A stretch of 41,225 nt of DNA, from the IMG/VR virus record IMGVR_UViG_3300048838_000134, positions 1 to 41,225 of that record; one strand, written 5' to 3'. The stretch comes from a virus. Shown here piece by piece: positions 1-7,728 of this stretch; position 1 is the stretch's first letter; every line of letters begins with the position of its first letter. The notes under the pieces were generated by a model. The model was not told where the DNA came from and searched no databases. It saw nothing but the letters and a program-made list of their open reading frames with translations. Position numbers and translations under genes: made by a program.

Positions 1-109
1 AGCAGTGCTGCCTCAATGAGCTTTGAGATAATGGTAAATGCTTTCATGGTCAGAAGTTTGGTAATGGTTCAGATACTCCAAGAATCAACTCTGCTGCGAG
101 CCACAACGC
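1..109. repeat. Terminal direct repeat, copy 1 (identical to 41117..41225)
   Basis: Base-by-base comparison of both contig ends shows 109/109 identity. This implies a 41116-bp circular, circularly permuted or terminally redundant genome. Confidence 0.95.
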
Positions 110-340
110 AGGGCCAACTACAGCCCCCGTGAAGCCCCAGAAGAAGTCGTAATAATCCGCTGTTCCACGGTGCAGCCACTTGTCCTAAATCAACTCTTTG
201 GCTGTCGTGAAGAACAGTGCCACAGCAAGGCCGAATGCCATGTCCCAATTATACAACATAGGGAACCACAGATGCGAGGCCGCTATTGCTGCTATCGCAA
301 TGACCACGGCTGCTAAAAAGTGTTTAAGTTTATCGTTCAT
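50..340 (-). pseudogene. Small multi-TM membrane protein ORF (96 codons) interrupted by one in-frame TAG at 185..187
   Basis: Hand translation gives MNDKLKHFLAAVVIAIAAIAASHLWFPMLYNWDMAFGLAVALFFTTAKELI-TAG-DKWLHRGTADYYDFFWGFTGAVVGPALWLAAELILGVSEPLPNF-TGA. The distal half stays open and hydrophobic in the same frame and has no start codon of its own. Confidence 0.4.
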
Positions 341-377
341 ATCGTTCGTTTTTGGTGTATGACAGCGACTACACTAA

Positions 378-1394
378 TTATTCTACTTGCACTCCATTTA
401 TTGTTACATTATCAGATACATCACAATCACCTATAGTATATAGTTCCTTCAATGTATTATTGGTGATGTTCGTTGATACAAAATCCCTCATATCACTATT
501 AAAAAAGTATAACTCCGCCCTTGCATTAGCGCCCACGACTATGTTATCCATTGTTATGTCATGCCAAAATTCAGAGCTTGCCGGAGTGCCATATCCTATG
601 TAATTATAGTATACAGACCCCACCTTTCTCAACACGCAATCCTTATAGCTGATATTATATTCTTTATTGCCATTCGCAACAATAGCAGCGTAAAGCGAAC
701 CTAATGCTGAATTATAAATATCAATATCATGGATGTCTATATTGTAAACATCTCCCACCCCTGCATCGGGTATGTCAATAGCCTGTAAGTTTGCAGTTAC
801 AGGGCCAATGTGCATATTTATAAAGTCATCCTTTGTGTACCCGCTTATGTTGTAAATCTCAATATCGTGGCAGCCAAAAATGATTGAAATGCCATCCTGA
901 TTACGTGTTGTTGTTTTTTGAGTAAAATATATATCGTGTACAAGCCCATTAATGGCCCTTTGTAGGGTGATATGATAATGAGAACTATCGCTAAAAAACA
1001 CATCTGATATTACAAATCCAGTAACATTACAAAGGAATATCCCGTTATAACGATGTACACCTGCCGTACCTAATGGATACGTTGCATAGTCATCATTGCC
1101 ATTACCCACACTATTGCCATCAAGTACGGCGTTACCTAATCCAATGATGTTTATATTGCTGTTGCCATTGACATAATCGCTATTGCGGAAGATGTTGTCA
1201 TAAATCGCATCCAGTAACCTTACTTTGCAGTTTTTAAGGTACACGGTTCTGTCGCTTGGAATAAGGATTGCTCCGCCTATTACAAACTCCCCGTTCTGAA
1301 TGATTATGTCATCAATCAATAGTTGAGCATTACAGATAGCACTTATATCTGTTGCCCCATCCGCTACCGCACCGTAATTCTTAATATCTCTCAT
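378..1394 (-). CDS. Right-handed beta-helix (pectate-lyase-3-like) tailspike / polysaccharide depolymerase
   Basis: The N-terminus IKNYGAVADGATDISAICNAQL matches the typical pectate_lyase_3 / GH28-like opening motif. The rest is Asn/Ile/Gly-rich periodic sequence typical of beta-helix coils. ATGA-type overlap with the upstream gene. Confidence 0.65.
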   Translation of the reverse strand: MRDIKNYGAVADGATDISAICNAQLLIDDIIIQNGEFVIGGAILIPSDRTVYLKNCKVRLLDAIYDNIFRNSDYVNGNSNINIIGLGNAVLDGNSVGNGNDDYATYPLGTAGVHRYNGIFLCNVTGFVISDVFFSDSSHYHITLQRAINGLVHDIYFTQKTTTRNQDGISIIFGCHDIEIYNISGYTKDDFINMHIGPVTANLQAIDIPDAGVGDVYNIDIHDIDIYNSALGSLYAAIVANGNKEYNISYKDCVLRKVGSVYYNYIGYGTPASSEFWHDITMDNIVVGANARAELYFFNSDMRDFVSTNITNNTLKELYTIGDCDVSDNVTINGVQVE

Positions 1395-2782
1395 AATGTG
1401 GGGTATAATGTGGCGTAATCATCTTTTGTCATATAGAAATCTGATAATAGAGTTTTCGCACCGTCATATCCCCTTGTTGCCATATAGAAATAAAGCGACA
1501 TGAGATACTGTTCTTGAGCATCACCTATCTGTACCCACGAGTTAAGCCACCTGTAGAGAGTAATAAAGCCCCCTGATATTACTATCTTAAATATTGCGTA
1601 ATCATAAACACCGGTGTCAACCTCATACACCGATACGTTATTCTTTATTATTTCAAAGTAAAGATTACCCTGTGCGGCTTTCCTGTAAAAATGAATACGA
1701 TTAAGATTATCCGCCGTTTTCAGACCAACCTCACGGATAGCTTCGGCACGATTATTCAGGTCAATAAGTGTGAATCTGGCAACGCCATTTGTAATTGCCC
1801 TTGCACAAGCGACATTATTGGCCAGTGTATTAAGATTGTTTACAAACAGCGTATCCATTATCAGTGCTTTATTTTGAGAGAAACTTGCAACATCTGCATC
1901 CGGGTTTGTTACTATCCATTTATCTGTGTCCAAAGTTGCATCATCAAAGTCATCTAAAAAAAAAAGCTTATCCATGTACGTTTGCAATGCCGTTGTTATC
2001 GCCGCTATTTGCGCCTCGCTTAACCCCTTTCCCGCAAAAGCAAAAGATATCTGATTCAGGCTCCTTGAGGCTCCGGTAGGAGACGCAAGGAGTTTTATAG
2101 ATGCGTTTGGCGGATTAACATTAGACGACTGCCCCGTATCTATGATTTTGATGTTATCCTTCCAAAGTTGGGTATTATCGACGACTACCCTATTAGCTAT
2201 ATAACAGCCCTTTCGGGTGGCAACGGCAGTATTTAGATAAGCTCCGCTTGTGTGTATTTTAACATAACTTTTTCCATCGGTAAATCTCGAATACATTGCT
2301 ACTCCATCAGTCGTACCAGTCCGACCTGTTAATTCCATTTGATCTGCGCCTGCAATGTCAAGATTGGTGTAAAACCCATAACAAGCATCATCTAAGCCAA
2401 TGTGCGCCCCGTCGGTTGATGGTATAAAATTAGAATCAAGATATCCACTGCCATTGCCTTTTATTCCCGAAAGTGCCGTCCACGCATTACCCGTGCCAAC
2501 GTCATCAACGGTTTTGATCAGGGATTTCCAATCAAGCCGACTCTCAGGTTCGCTCTCCCCAGCAAGGCACACAAACCAATCCAATATACTCCATGCCCCT
2601 GCTTGTCCTATTGCGTAAAGCATCTCAGCCTGAAGTGTGGCAATAGGTTGCGATGGTTTTGTCGCAAACATATTATAGACTGCCATATACTCGGGACATC
2701 GTGTAGTCCAGTATGCAAGCCACGATTGACCTTTTCTAAGCGCCCTCAAAGGGCTTATTGCGACAGGTGATATTATTGGCAT
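1391..2782 (-). CDS. Tail fibre / receptor-binding-like protein with C-terminal concanavalin/LamG-like jelly-roll
   Basis: 463 aa. The segment FFLDDFDDATLDTDKWIV...NKALIMD resembles the start of GH16/LamG-type lectin folds. It lies next to the depolymerase gene. Confidence 0.4.
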   Translation of the reverse strand: MPIISPVAISPLRALRKGQSWLAYWTTRCPEYMAVYNMFATKPSQPIATLQAEMLYAIGQAGAWSILDWFVCLAGESEPESRLDWKSLIKTVDDVGTGNAWTALSGIKGNGSGYLDSNFIPSTDGAHIGLDDACYGFYTNLDIAGADQMELTGRTGTTDGVAMYSRFTDGKSYVKIHTSGAYLNTAVATRKGCYIANRVVVDNTQLWKDNIKIIDTGQSSNVNPPNASIKLLASPTGASRSLNQISFAFAGKGLSEAQIAAITTALQTYMDKLFFLDDFDDATLDTDKWIVTNPDADVASFSQNKALIMDTLFVNNLNTLANNVACARAITNGVARFTLIDLNNRAEAIREVGLKTADNLNRIHFYRKAAQGNLYFEIIKNNVSVYEVDTGVYDYAIFKIVISGGFITLYRWLNSWVQIGDAQEQYLMSLYFYMATRGYDGAKTLLSDFYMTKDDYATLYPTL

Positions 2783-2786
2783 GATA

Positions 2787-3368
2787 TTATAGTTTTTTTC
2801 TTGTTCCCCATTTCTCGATTGAGTGATCCATCAACCACTCGTAAACACTGAACCCCGGACACGTCCTGTCAGCCTTCTGATTGTGCCCTATGATAAGTAT
2901 GTCGGGGTGGTGCAGTATCATTAGCTTGCAAAAGGCAAACAGGTCAATGTCCTGTTCCGCTGTGAAGTGATGATCGAAGGTTGCCAGCGGCCCTTTTCCC
3001 CCTTCAAGTACAATATGTATTGCCTCTGAATTTATCCCCGACACGCCCCACGTCATTTCGTCCGAAGTGATGAAGCTGTCAAGGTTGTTCGGTGTAAGTA
3101 TCTCACGTGAGCCGTCACGGTGGATGATAGCATAGTAGCCTAACCGGTCCCAGCCACGCCCTTGCAGCTTAGCTACGGGAACCCCTCCGAGAAGGATATC
3201 GGGTAACGCCTTCCGGGAGGGGTAGTCTCTGCCGTTATACCTGACACGTCCACCGTCGAGATCACGGGGGCCTTTGTGCCATTGCTCAAGAAGATCCCGT
3301 GTCACCTCCATTTGAGGGGGTGTATCTGTACAGTGTAGAACCAGGTATTTCAGCTTTCCCATAACCAA
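2787..3368 (-). CDS. N-acetylmuramoyl-L-alanine amidase (Amidase_2/PGRP, T7-lysozyme-like) endolysin
   Basis: Motifs LVLHCTDT, GWDRLGYYAIIHRDG and IGHNQKADRTCPGF match the zinc-binding and substrate motifs of the Amidase_2 family. Confidence 0.8.
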   Translation of the reverse strand: MVMGKLKYLVLHCTDTPPQMEVTRDLLEQWHKGPRDLDGGRVRYNGRDYPSRKALPDILLGGVPVAKLQGRGWDRLGYYAIIHRDGSREILTPNNLDSFITSDEMTWGVSGINSEAIHIVLEGGKGPLATFDHHFTAEQDIDLFAFCKLMILHHPDILIIGHNQKADRTCPGFSVYEWLMDHSIEKWGTRKKL

Positions 3369-3393
3369 CCTAACCTAAACCAACTATGAAAAA

Positions 3394-3879
3394 TCAGAAC
3401 GTATGAGAGACGCCCCACATCAGGAACCAGTTCGCTTTTATGGGGGAGTTCTTTACAAAATCGTATCCTAACCCGAACGTAGGGGAGAGACCGTAGAGGT
3501 CAAAGGCTGATGCCGTGACAAGCAACCCCATGTTAGGCCGTTCAACTGTCGCAAGGGAGAGTTGTGCCGCAAAGGAATACACGTTGTAAGGCTGTCCGTC
3601 AACGAGCTTGTAGAGGCTGTAAGAGGCTCCCATACCTACACGGGAGGCAAACGATACCTCGAAGCTGTTGAACGTGCCGTCAATGAACACAGGCTTTATG
3701 ACGTTCCCGGCAATGGTAAACTCAGGCCGGATAAGCACGGTACCCGTGAGAGCCTTCTGCCCGTCAAGACCCTGGATCTGTTCGGCTGTTACCGGAGTGA
3801 AGAATCCTTTGAGGGGTGATTGTGCCGTGACGCCCAGCGTCAGCACAAAGAGAACCGAAAGAATGAGTAGCTTTTTCAT
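3394..3879 (-). CDS. Secreted small outer-membrane beta-barrel-like protein (lysis-cassette member)
   Basis: Sec signal peptide MKKLLILSVLFVLTLGVTAQ, alternating hydrophobic beta-strand pattern rich in Gly and aromatic residues, and C-terminal ...WGVSHTF ending in Phe as in OMP C-terminal signatures. ATGA overlap with the holin-like gene. Confidence 0.5.
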   Translation of the reverse strand: MKKLLILSVLFVLTLGVTAQSPLKGFFTPVTAEQIQGLDGQKALTGTVLIRPEFTIAGNVIKPVFIDGTFNSFEVSFASRVGMGASYSLYKLVDGQPYNVYSFAAQLSLATVERPNMGLLVTASAFDLYGLSPTFGLGYDFVKNSPIKANWFLMWGVSHTF

Positions 3880-4118
3880 GCGTCCTTTGCTTTGAAGATG
3901 AGAATGATTGAGGTCACGTAGCCAATGATCTGCACGGCTGCGGTAACGACGCCATTAAGAGCATCAGAGAGAGGTGCGGCCTGTTCCTGATCTACCTTTC
4001 CGGCAGCGATAAGAACAGACACAACAAGCGAGATAACCAGTCCGGCCATGCCTGAGATGGTTGTGATAAGATTCCGTGTAGGAACCTCTTTGTTGAAAAC
4101 AGCTTTTGGTAATGCCAT
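3876..4118 (-). CDS. Holin-like protein, two TM helices
   Basis: 80 aa with two hydrophobic helices (LITTISGMAGLVISLVVSVLIAAG and VVTAAVQIIGYVTSIILIF) and a charged C-terminus KAKDA. It lies two genes upstream of the amidase. Confidence 0.5.
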   Translation of the reverse strand: MALPKAVFNKEVPTRNLITTISGMAGLVISLVVSVLIAAGKVDQEQAAPLSDALNGVVTAAVQIIGYVTSIILIFKAKDA

Positions 4119-4130
4119 TGTTTTAATTAT

Positions 4131-4919
4131 TTATTTGTTTGACAAAAAAGTTTCATACTCATACGGACCGGACAGCTCCGGCACCTGCTCAAATCCATGC
4201 TGCTGCAAGCCCTGTCCTACCTTTATCCGTTCGTTGGTGTAGTATATGCCCCGGTAGTAGGCTTGCAGATCAAAATACGTGAAAGCCCCGTTAAAGCGTC
4301 CGTCAAACTGAGCATCCATGCTCACCTGCTTCGGACCGCACCCGGAGATGATTATCCAGCGTTGTACGCCCTCCGGCTTTGCAAGTCTTGTCACAGCATG
4401 GTGACGTACATCCATCCCCTGTATGGGCATAAAACGAGGCTTACGCCACGTAGGATTACCGAAGTATCTACTACCCATGTCACCGCTGTGGCAACTATCA
4501 AATTTTGCCAGCACCTTTAATGATAGGGGAGTTGCCTGTTGCAGCTTCCAAATCTCGTTATCAATTAGAGGCCCGTTGTAGAGATACAGGGCTTCGTCGT
4601 ACCCGTCCGGTTCAACCGATGACGGAATCTGCGTACCGTGCCCGGAATACTTGATGTACAGGAATCCTCCCTCCGGCATCTGTGACATGACACGCTGAAC
4701 TTCCTCAACAAAGAAGTGCGTTGTTACCTGCTTGTCGAAATAGGTTATACACTGAAACTCCGGGAAGTCTCTTTTGAGTTTCTTAACCTCATCATTGATG
4801 TCATTGACGCAGCCCCGCAGGTCATTGGCCGTGCCCTGGTAGTCGTTTATGCCGAACCCCAGGAACACGTGTGAGGACGTTATGGGCGGCTGTATTGTTT
4901 TCTTGAAACACATGGTCAT
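4131..4919 (-). CDS. Caspase-fold cysteine protease (peptidase C14 / orthocaspase-like)
   Basis: LRGCVNDIND, catalytic His motif YIKYSGHG, catalytic Cys motif KFDSCHSGD, and p10-like IISGCGPKQVSMDA...GAFTYF. Together these form a full p20+p10-like core in 262 aa. Confidence 0.75.
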   Translation of the reverse strand: MTMCFKKTIQPPITSSHVFLGFGINDYQGTANDLRGCVNDINDEVKKLKRDFPEFQCITYFDKQVTTHFFVEEVQRVMSQMPEGGFLYIKYSGHGTQIPSSVEPDGYDEALYLYNGPLIDNEIWKLQQATPLSLKVLAKFDSCHSGDMGSRYFGNPTWRKPRFMPIQGMDVRHHAVTRLAKPEGVQRWIIISGCGPKQVSMDAQFDGRFNGAFTYFDLQAYYRGIYYTNERIKVGQGLQQHGFEQVPELSGPYEYETFLSNK

Positions 4920-5239
4920 CCTTTTTTGATTATCATGTCCGCAATCATCACAATGGTCGTGCTGGCTCCGATGATTCCCATGACGATGGCCGTCATTTTC
5001 TGACGGGCGGTAAGCCTTAACCTGTCCTCGGTATCCGTTGCCACCTTCCGATTAAGTAGTATCTGCACGTTGCCGGATAGCTCCTTAACTGTTCCCGCCA
5101 GCTGTGGCACAACAATATTCAGTTCGGTAACGGCTTTTTGCAGCCCGTTACGTTTTACAATTTTCGATAGGTCAGCCAACTCTGTCCTTATTTCGGCAAT
5201 GTCGCCTTCCTTGACGCAGTATTTATGATCCTCAGACAT
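4916..5239 (-). CDS. Tail-anchored membrane protein (coiled-coil N-terminus, single C-terminal TM)
   Basis: Start moved to the internal Met (MSEDHKY...) at 5239, two nt after the TGA of the upstream gene. C-terminal TM is MTAIVMGIIGASTTIVMIADMII. ATGA overlap with the caspase-like gene. Confidence 0.5.
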   Translation of the reverse strand: MSEDHKYCVKEGDIAEIRTELADLSKIVKRNGLQKAVTELNIVVPQLAGTVKELSGNVQILLNRKVATDTEDRLRLTARQKMTAIVMGIIGASTTIVMIADMIIKKG

Positions 5240-5240
5240 A

Positions 5241-6983
5241 TCAGTGAGTGAGTATAAGTTTTCCGTTAGCTGTTCTGAGAAAGTTACCCGAGGGGAGCCG
5301 GACAAGGTAGTTGCCGTATTCGTGCGCCCCGATGTCAGGAGTTCCATTTTGCGGTACCCTGTGACCCCAATAATCATGTGTCAGTCCCACGTCTATCCCT
5401 GCGTCAATGCATAGGGAGCTTGGACGCAGTCTGAATGTTTCATTGGATTTGAAGAGTGGCTCGACCGTAATGTTCCCTGTCGTAATGTTTATATTGCTAT
5501 AAACTCTCCCCGAGCCCTCCGGCTCTAAATAAATGCTATTACTGCTACCGCATTCGTAGAGGTTATTGTAATTTATCGCCAAATTTGTAAGCACAAGGCT
5601 GTCTGATGCATCCTCTGTGAATGAAATTCCGTACTGGGCAAAATTGTAGATCAAATTGTTTTTAATGTTTACGTTGGTTACTGTCTCATTCGCATAAACT
5701 CCTATTCCGTGATACCCTCTGTAAGTTCCAGAATTTCCTCCTGTTATCGTGTTGTTGTAAATATTAATATTTCTAAAATCCCCGTCGTATTCCGGATCAT
5801 TAGTATTATTTATCCACCATATTCCTATCGAACTCCATGTAAAATCCTTATAGCAAACTTCCTTTATAATATTCCCGTAGACGTAGATGCCGTCCCAGTC
5901 CCAATCGTGATGCCAATAACCTGTTCCACTTGATGGAGTTGATAGTGCTACTCCAACATTAAATTTTTCTATGTAATTGTTGTATATGTAGACTTCATTG
6001 TGACCATCTCCCTCGATCGTTATTGCAACGTAATCCTCATCAGTTCCGTTTACCAATCTCGGTCCCCAATCTTCACCATAAAACAGATTGTTATAAACCT
6101 TGTATCCGAATGTTTCTCCATCCGTTATTTCGTTAAACTCTCCGCCTAATGACAGCTTTGCCAATCCAAAATGCTTATTATCATGGTATTCAGCTCCCCC
6201 CTTGTAATCCCATTCCTCAAGATAGAAATTCCAATAATATGTTCCATCACCGGCTATCTCTGTATCGTCCCTATATAATTTGTTGTCATGTATGTGATGC
6301 CTTTTGTTTCTTATAAAATACAAGCTCTGACCCTCTCCGGTCCTTCCGGTATTAATCAAAATATTATTACTTATTTCTGTTCCGTCCGTTCCCCCCAATC
6401 TTATGCTCCCCGTATAGCTTGCTGCTCCGATATAACTGGTGCAATTTATAATTTCGCAATCATGGACATGGCATCCTGTTAAGAAAACACTCGGGTATGA
6501 TGCACTCACGTAATACCAAATTCCCGAATAATTAAAATCCTTAATTGTGCAGTGGTGTATTTCTACGTTATTTCGGTAGCTCACTTGAATTGCCCTGCTC
6601 GATGTATAGCTCGAACCGTTAAGTTCAATATAGCTGATCGTCTGGTTTCCGTTTTGCGGAGTTCCTGCTGTTGATGCTAATTGTATTGCAGCCTGTACTG
6701 CACTTCCATTCGTATATGTCGTTACAATCTTTGATGAAATTCCTTCACCCATTATGCTTATTCCAACTGGCACTACTATTTGTGTACTGACGTTGTACGT
6801 CCCTGCCACGATGTACACCGTATCCCCGGCAGAGGCGTTGGTTATCCCGGTGGCAATGGTCAGATATGGGTTGCCGCTTGTGCCGTCACCCGTGCCATCG
6901 TTACCCGTAGTCGCAACATATACCTTCGTCGCCCCCAGCGAGAGCGACAGCAGCAGCAGCGGTATTATCAGCAGTTTCTTCAT
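5241..6983 (-). CDS. Right-handed parallel beta-helix protein with N-terminal signal peptide (DUF1565/pectate-lyase-like; putative depolymerase/tailspike)
   Basis: MKKLLIIPLLLLSLSLGA signal, then YVATTGNDGTGDGTSGNPYLTIATGITNASAGDTVYIVAGTY, the classic beta-helix N-cap motif, then many N/G/I-rich coils. By eye it is more AT-rich than its neighbours. Confidence 0.65.
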   Translation of the reverse strand: MKKLLIIPLLLLSLSLGATKVYVATTGNDGTGDGTSGNPYLTIATGITNASAGDTVYIVAGTYNVSTQIVVPVGISIMGEGISSKIVTTYTNGSAVQAAIQLASTAGTPQNGNQTISYIELNGSSYTSSRAIQVSYRNNVEIHHCTIKDFNYSGIWYYVSASYPSVFLTGCHVHDCEIINCTSYIGAASYTGSIRLGGTDGTEISNNILINTGRTGEGQSLYFIRNKRHHIHDNKLYRDDTEIAGDGTYYWNFYLEEWDYKGGAEYHDNKHFGLAKLSLGGEFNEITDGETFGYKVYNNLFYGEDWGPRLVNGTDEDYVAITIEGDGHNEVYIYNNYIEKFNVGVALSTPSSGTGYWHHDWDWDGIYVYGNIIKEVCYKDFTWSSIGIWWINNTNDPEYDGDFRNINIYNNTITGGNSGTYRGYHGIGVYANETVTNVNIKNNLIYNFAQYGISFTEDASDSLVLTNLAINYNNLYECGSSNSIYLEPEGSGRVYSNINITTGNITVEPLFKSNETFRLRPSSLCIDAGIDVGLTHDYWGHRVPQNGTPDIGAHEYGNYLVRLPSGNFLRTANGKLILTH

Positions 6984-6988
6984 GGTGG

Positions 6989-7411
6989 CTAATTGTCAAG
7001 CTGTTTCCATTTCAGCCCCGTTGTCGCAACGCACCCGTAGAAGTGAGCGTCGGACGTCTTGAAAACCACCTTACCGACAGCAGCCGTTACCGTTGTGTCA
7101 CCAACATAGAACAGCACAGCATCCTCAAGCTCTTCCACATCTTTTAAGGCTTGCATCTCTGCGTTTGTCAGCAGCTCAAGGTCGAGGCTGTCGGCCATCG
7201 TTATGAGCTTGTTGATCTTCATGAAGGCCGTCCTCACGGGCTCGCCCGTTCCGTCGTTGGGAGTAGTACCTACGTTCACCGTGTCAATGGCACGGGAAAA
7301 GGACAAGTCCTGTCCTCTCTCTTTTATCCTGTCAACAGCTACAGCGACAAGCACGAAAACCATTGCCGCAATCATGCCGTAAAGGATCCAGTCTGTTGCC
7401 GTCCTTTTCAT
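6989..7411 (-). CDS. Membrane-anchored/fibre-adaptor-like protein with tail-fibre N-terminal NDGTG motif
   Basis: TM helix WILYGMIAAMVFVLVAVAV, followed by VGTTPNDGTGEPVRTAFMKINKLI, which resembles the conserved N-terminal motif of many phage fibre/spike proteins. The stop codon is TAG. Confidence 0.4.
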   Translation of the reverse strand: MKRTATDWILYGMIAAMVFVLVAVAVDRIKERGQDLSFSRAIDTVNVGTTPNDGTGEPVRTAFMKINKLITMADSLDLELLTNAEMQALKDVEELEDAVLFYVGDTTVTAAVGKVVFKTSDAHFYGCVATTGLKWKQLDN

Positions 7412-7716
7412 CCTGCGTAAGCGATTAGTACCACGTTTGCGGCAACGGTGATAGTGCTGATAGGGTGTTTAAAGGTCAGCACCTGTCCTGCAAAGGCCGA
7501 CAAATCCTCTCCTACGATATTGTTCACCGTAGGCAGGGCGACGGCTGTCATGCCCAGTGGCTGTGTCGAGAGGGCTGAAATTGCTGCAGCAGCCCCAGTG
7601 ACAATCACAAGGGAGGTTACTCCGGGGATCAGTTCGCCGTCAGCCACGTCATATTTACCGGCAGCGTTGATTATCTGGCACCCGCCTGCTCCTGTAAGTT
7701 TTCCAAGTTCATTCAT
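7408..7716 (-). CDS. Hypothetical virion-module protein (Gly/Ala-rich)
   Basis: 102-aa ORF that is tightly coupled (ATGA overlap) within the operon. No motif recognised. Confidence 0.45.
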   Translation of the reverse strand: MNELGKLTGAGGCQIINAAGKYDVADGELIPGVTSLVIVTGAAAAISALSTQPLGMTAVALPTVNNIVGEDLSAFAGQVLTFKHPISTITVAANVVLIAYAG

Positions 7717-7728
7717 ATCATTGTGCTT

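Noticed and set aside
4916-5377. N-terminal extensions given by the ORF track for several genes (4916..5377, 7729..8280, 9860..10462, 23523..23849, 26483..27241, 27983..28375, 31902..32306, 33137..33688, 33600..33842, 13047..13466, 13322..13708)
   Set aside because: In each case an internal ATG lies 0-4 nt from the upstream gene's stop, often as an ATGA overlap, or just downstream of a promoter box. The extended version would overlap the upstream gene by 45-140 nt in a genome that is otherwise tightly tiled.
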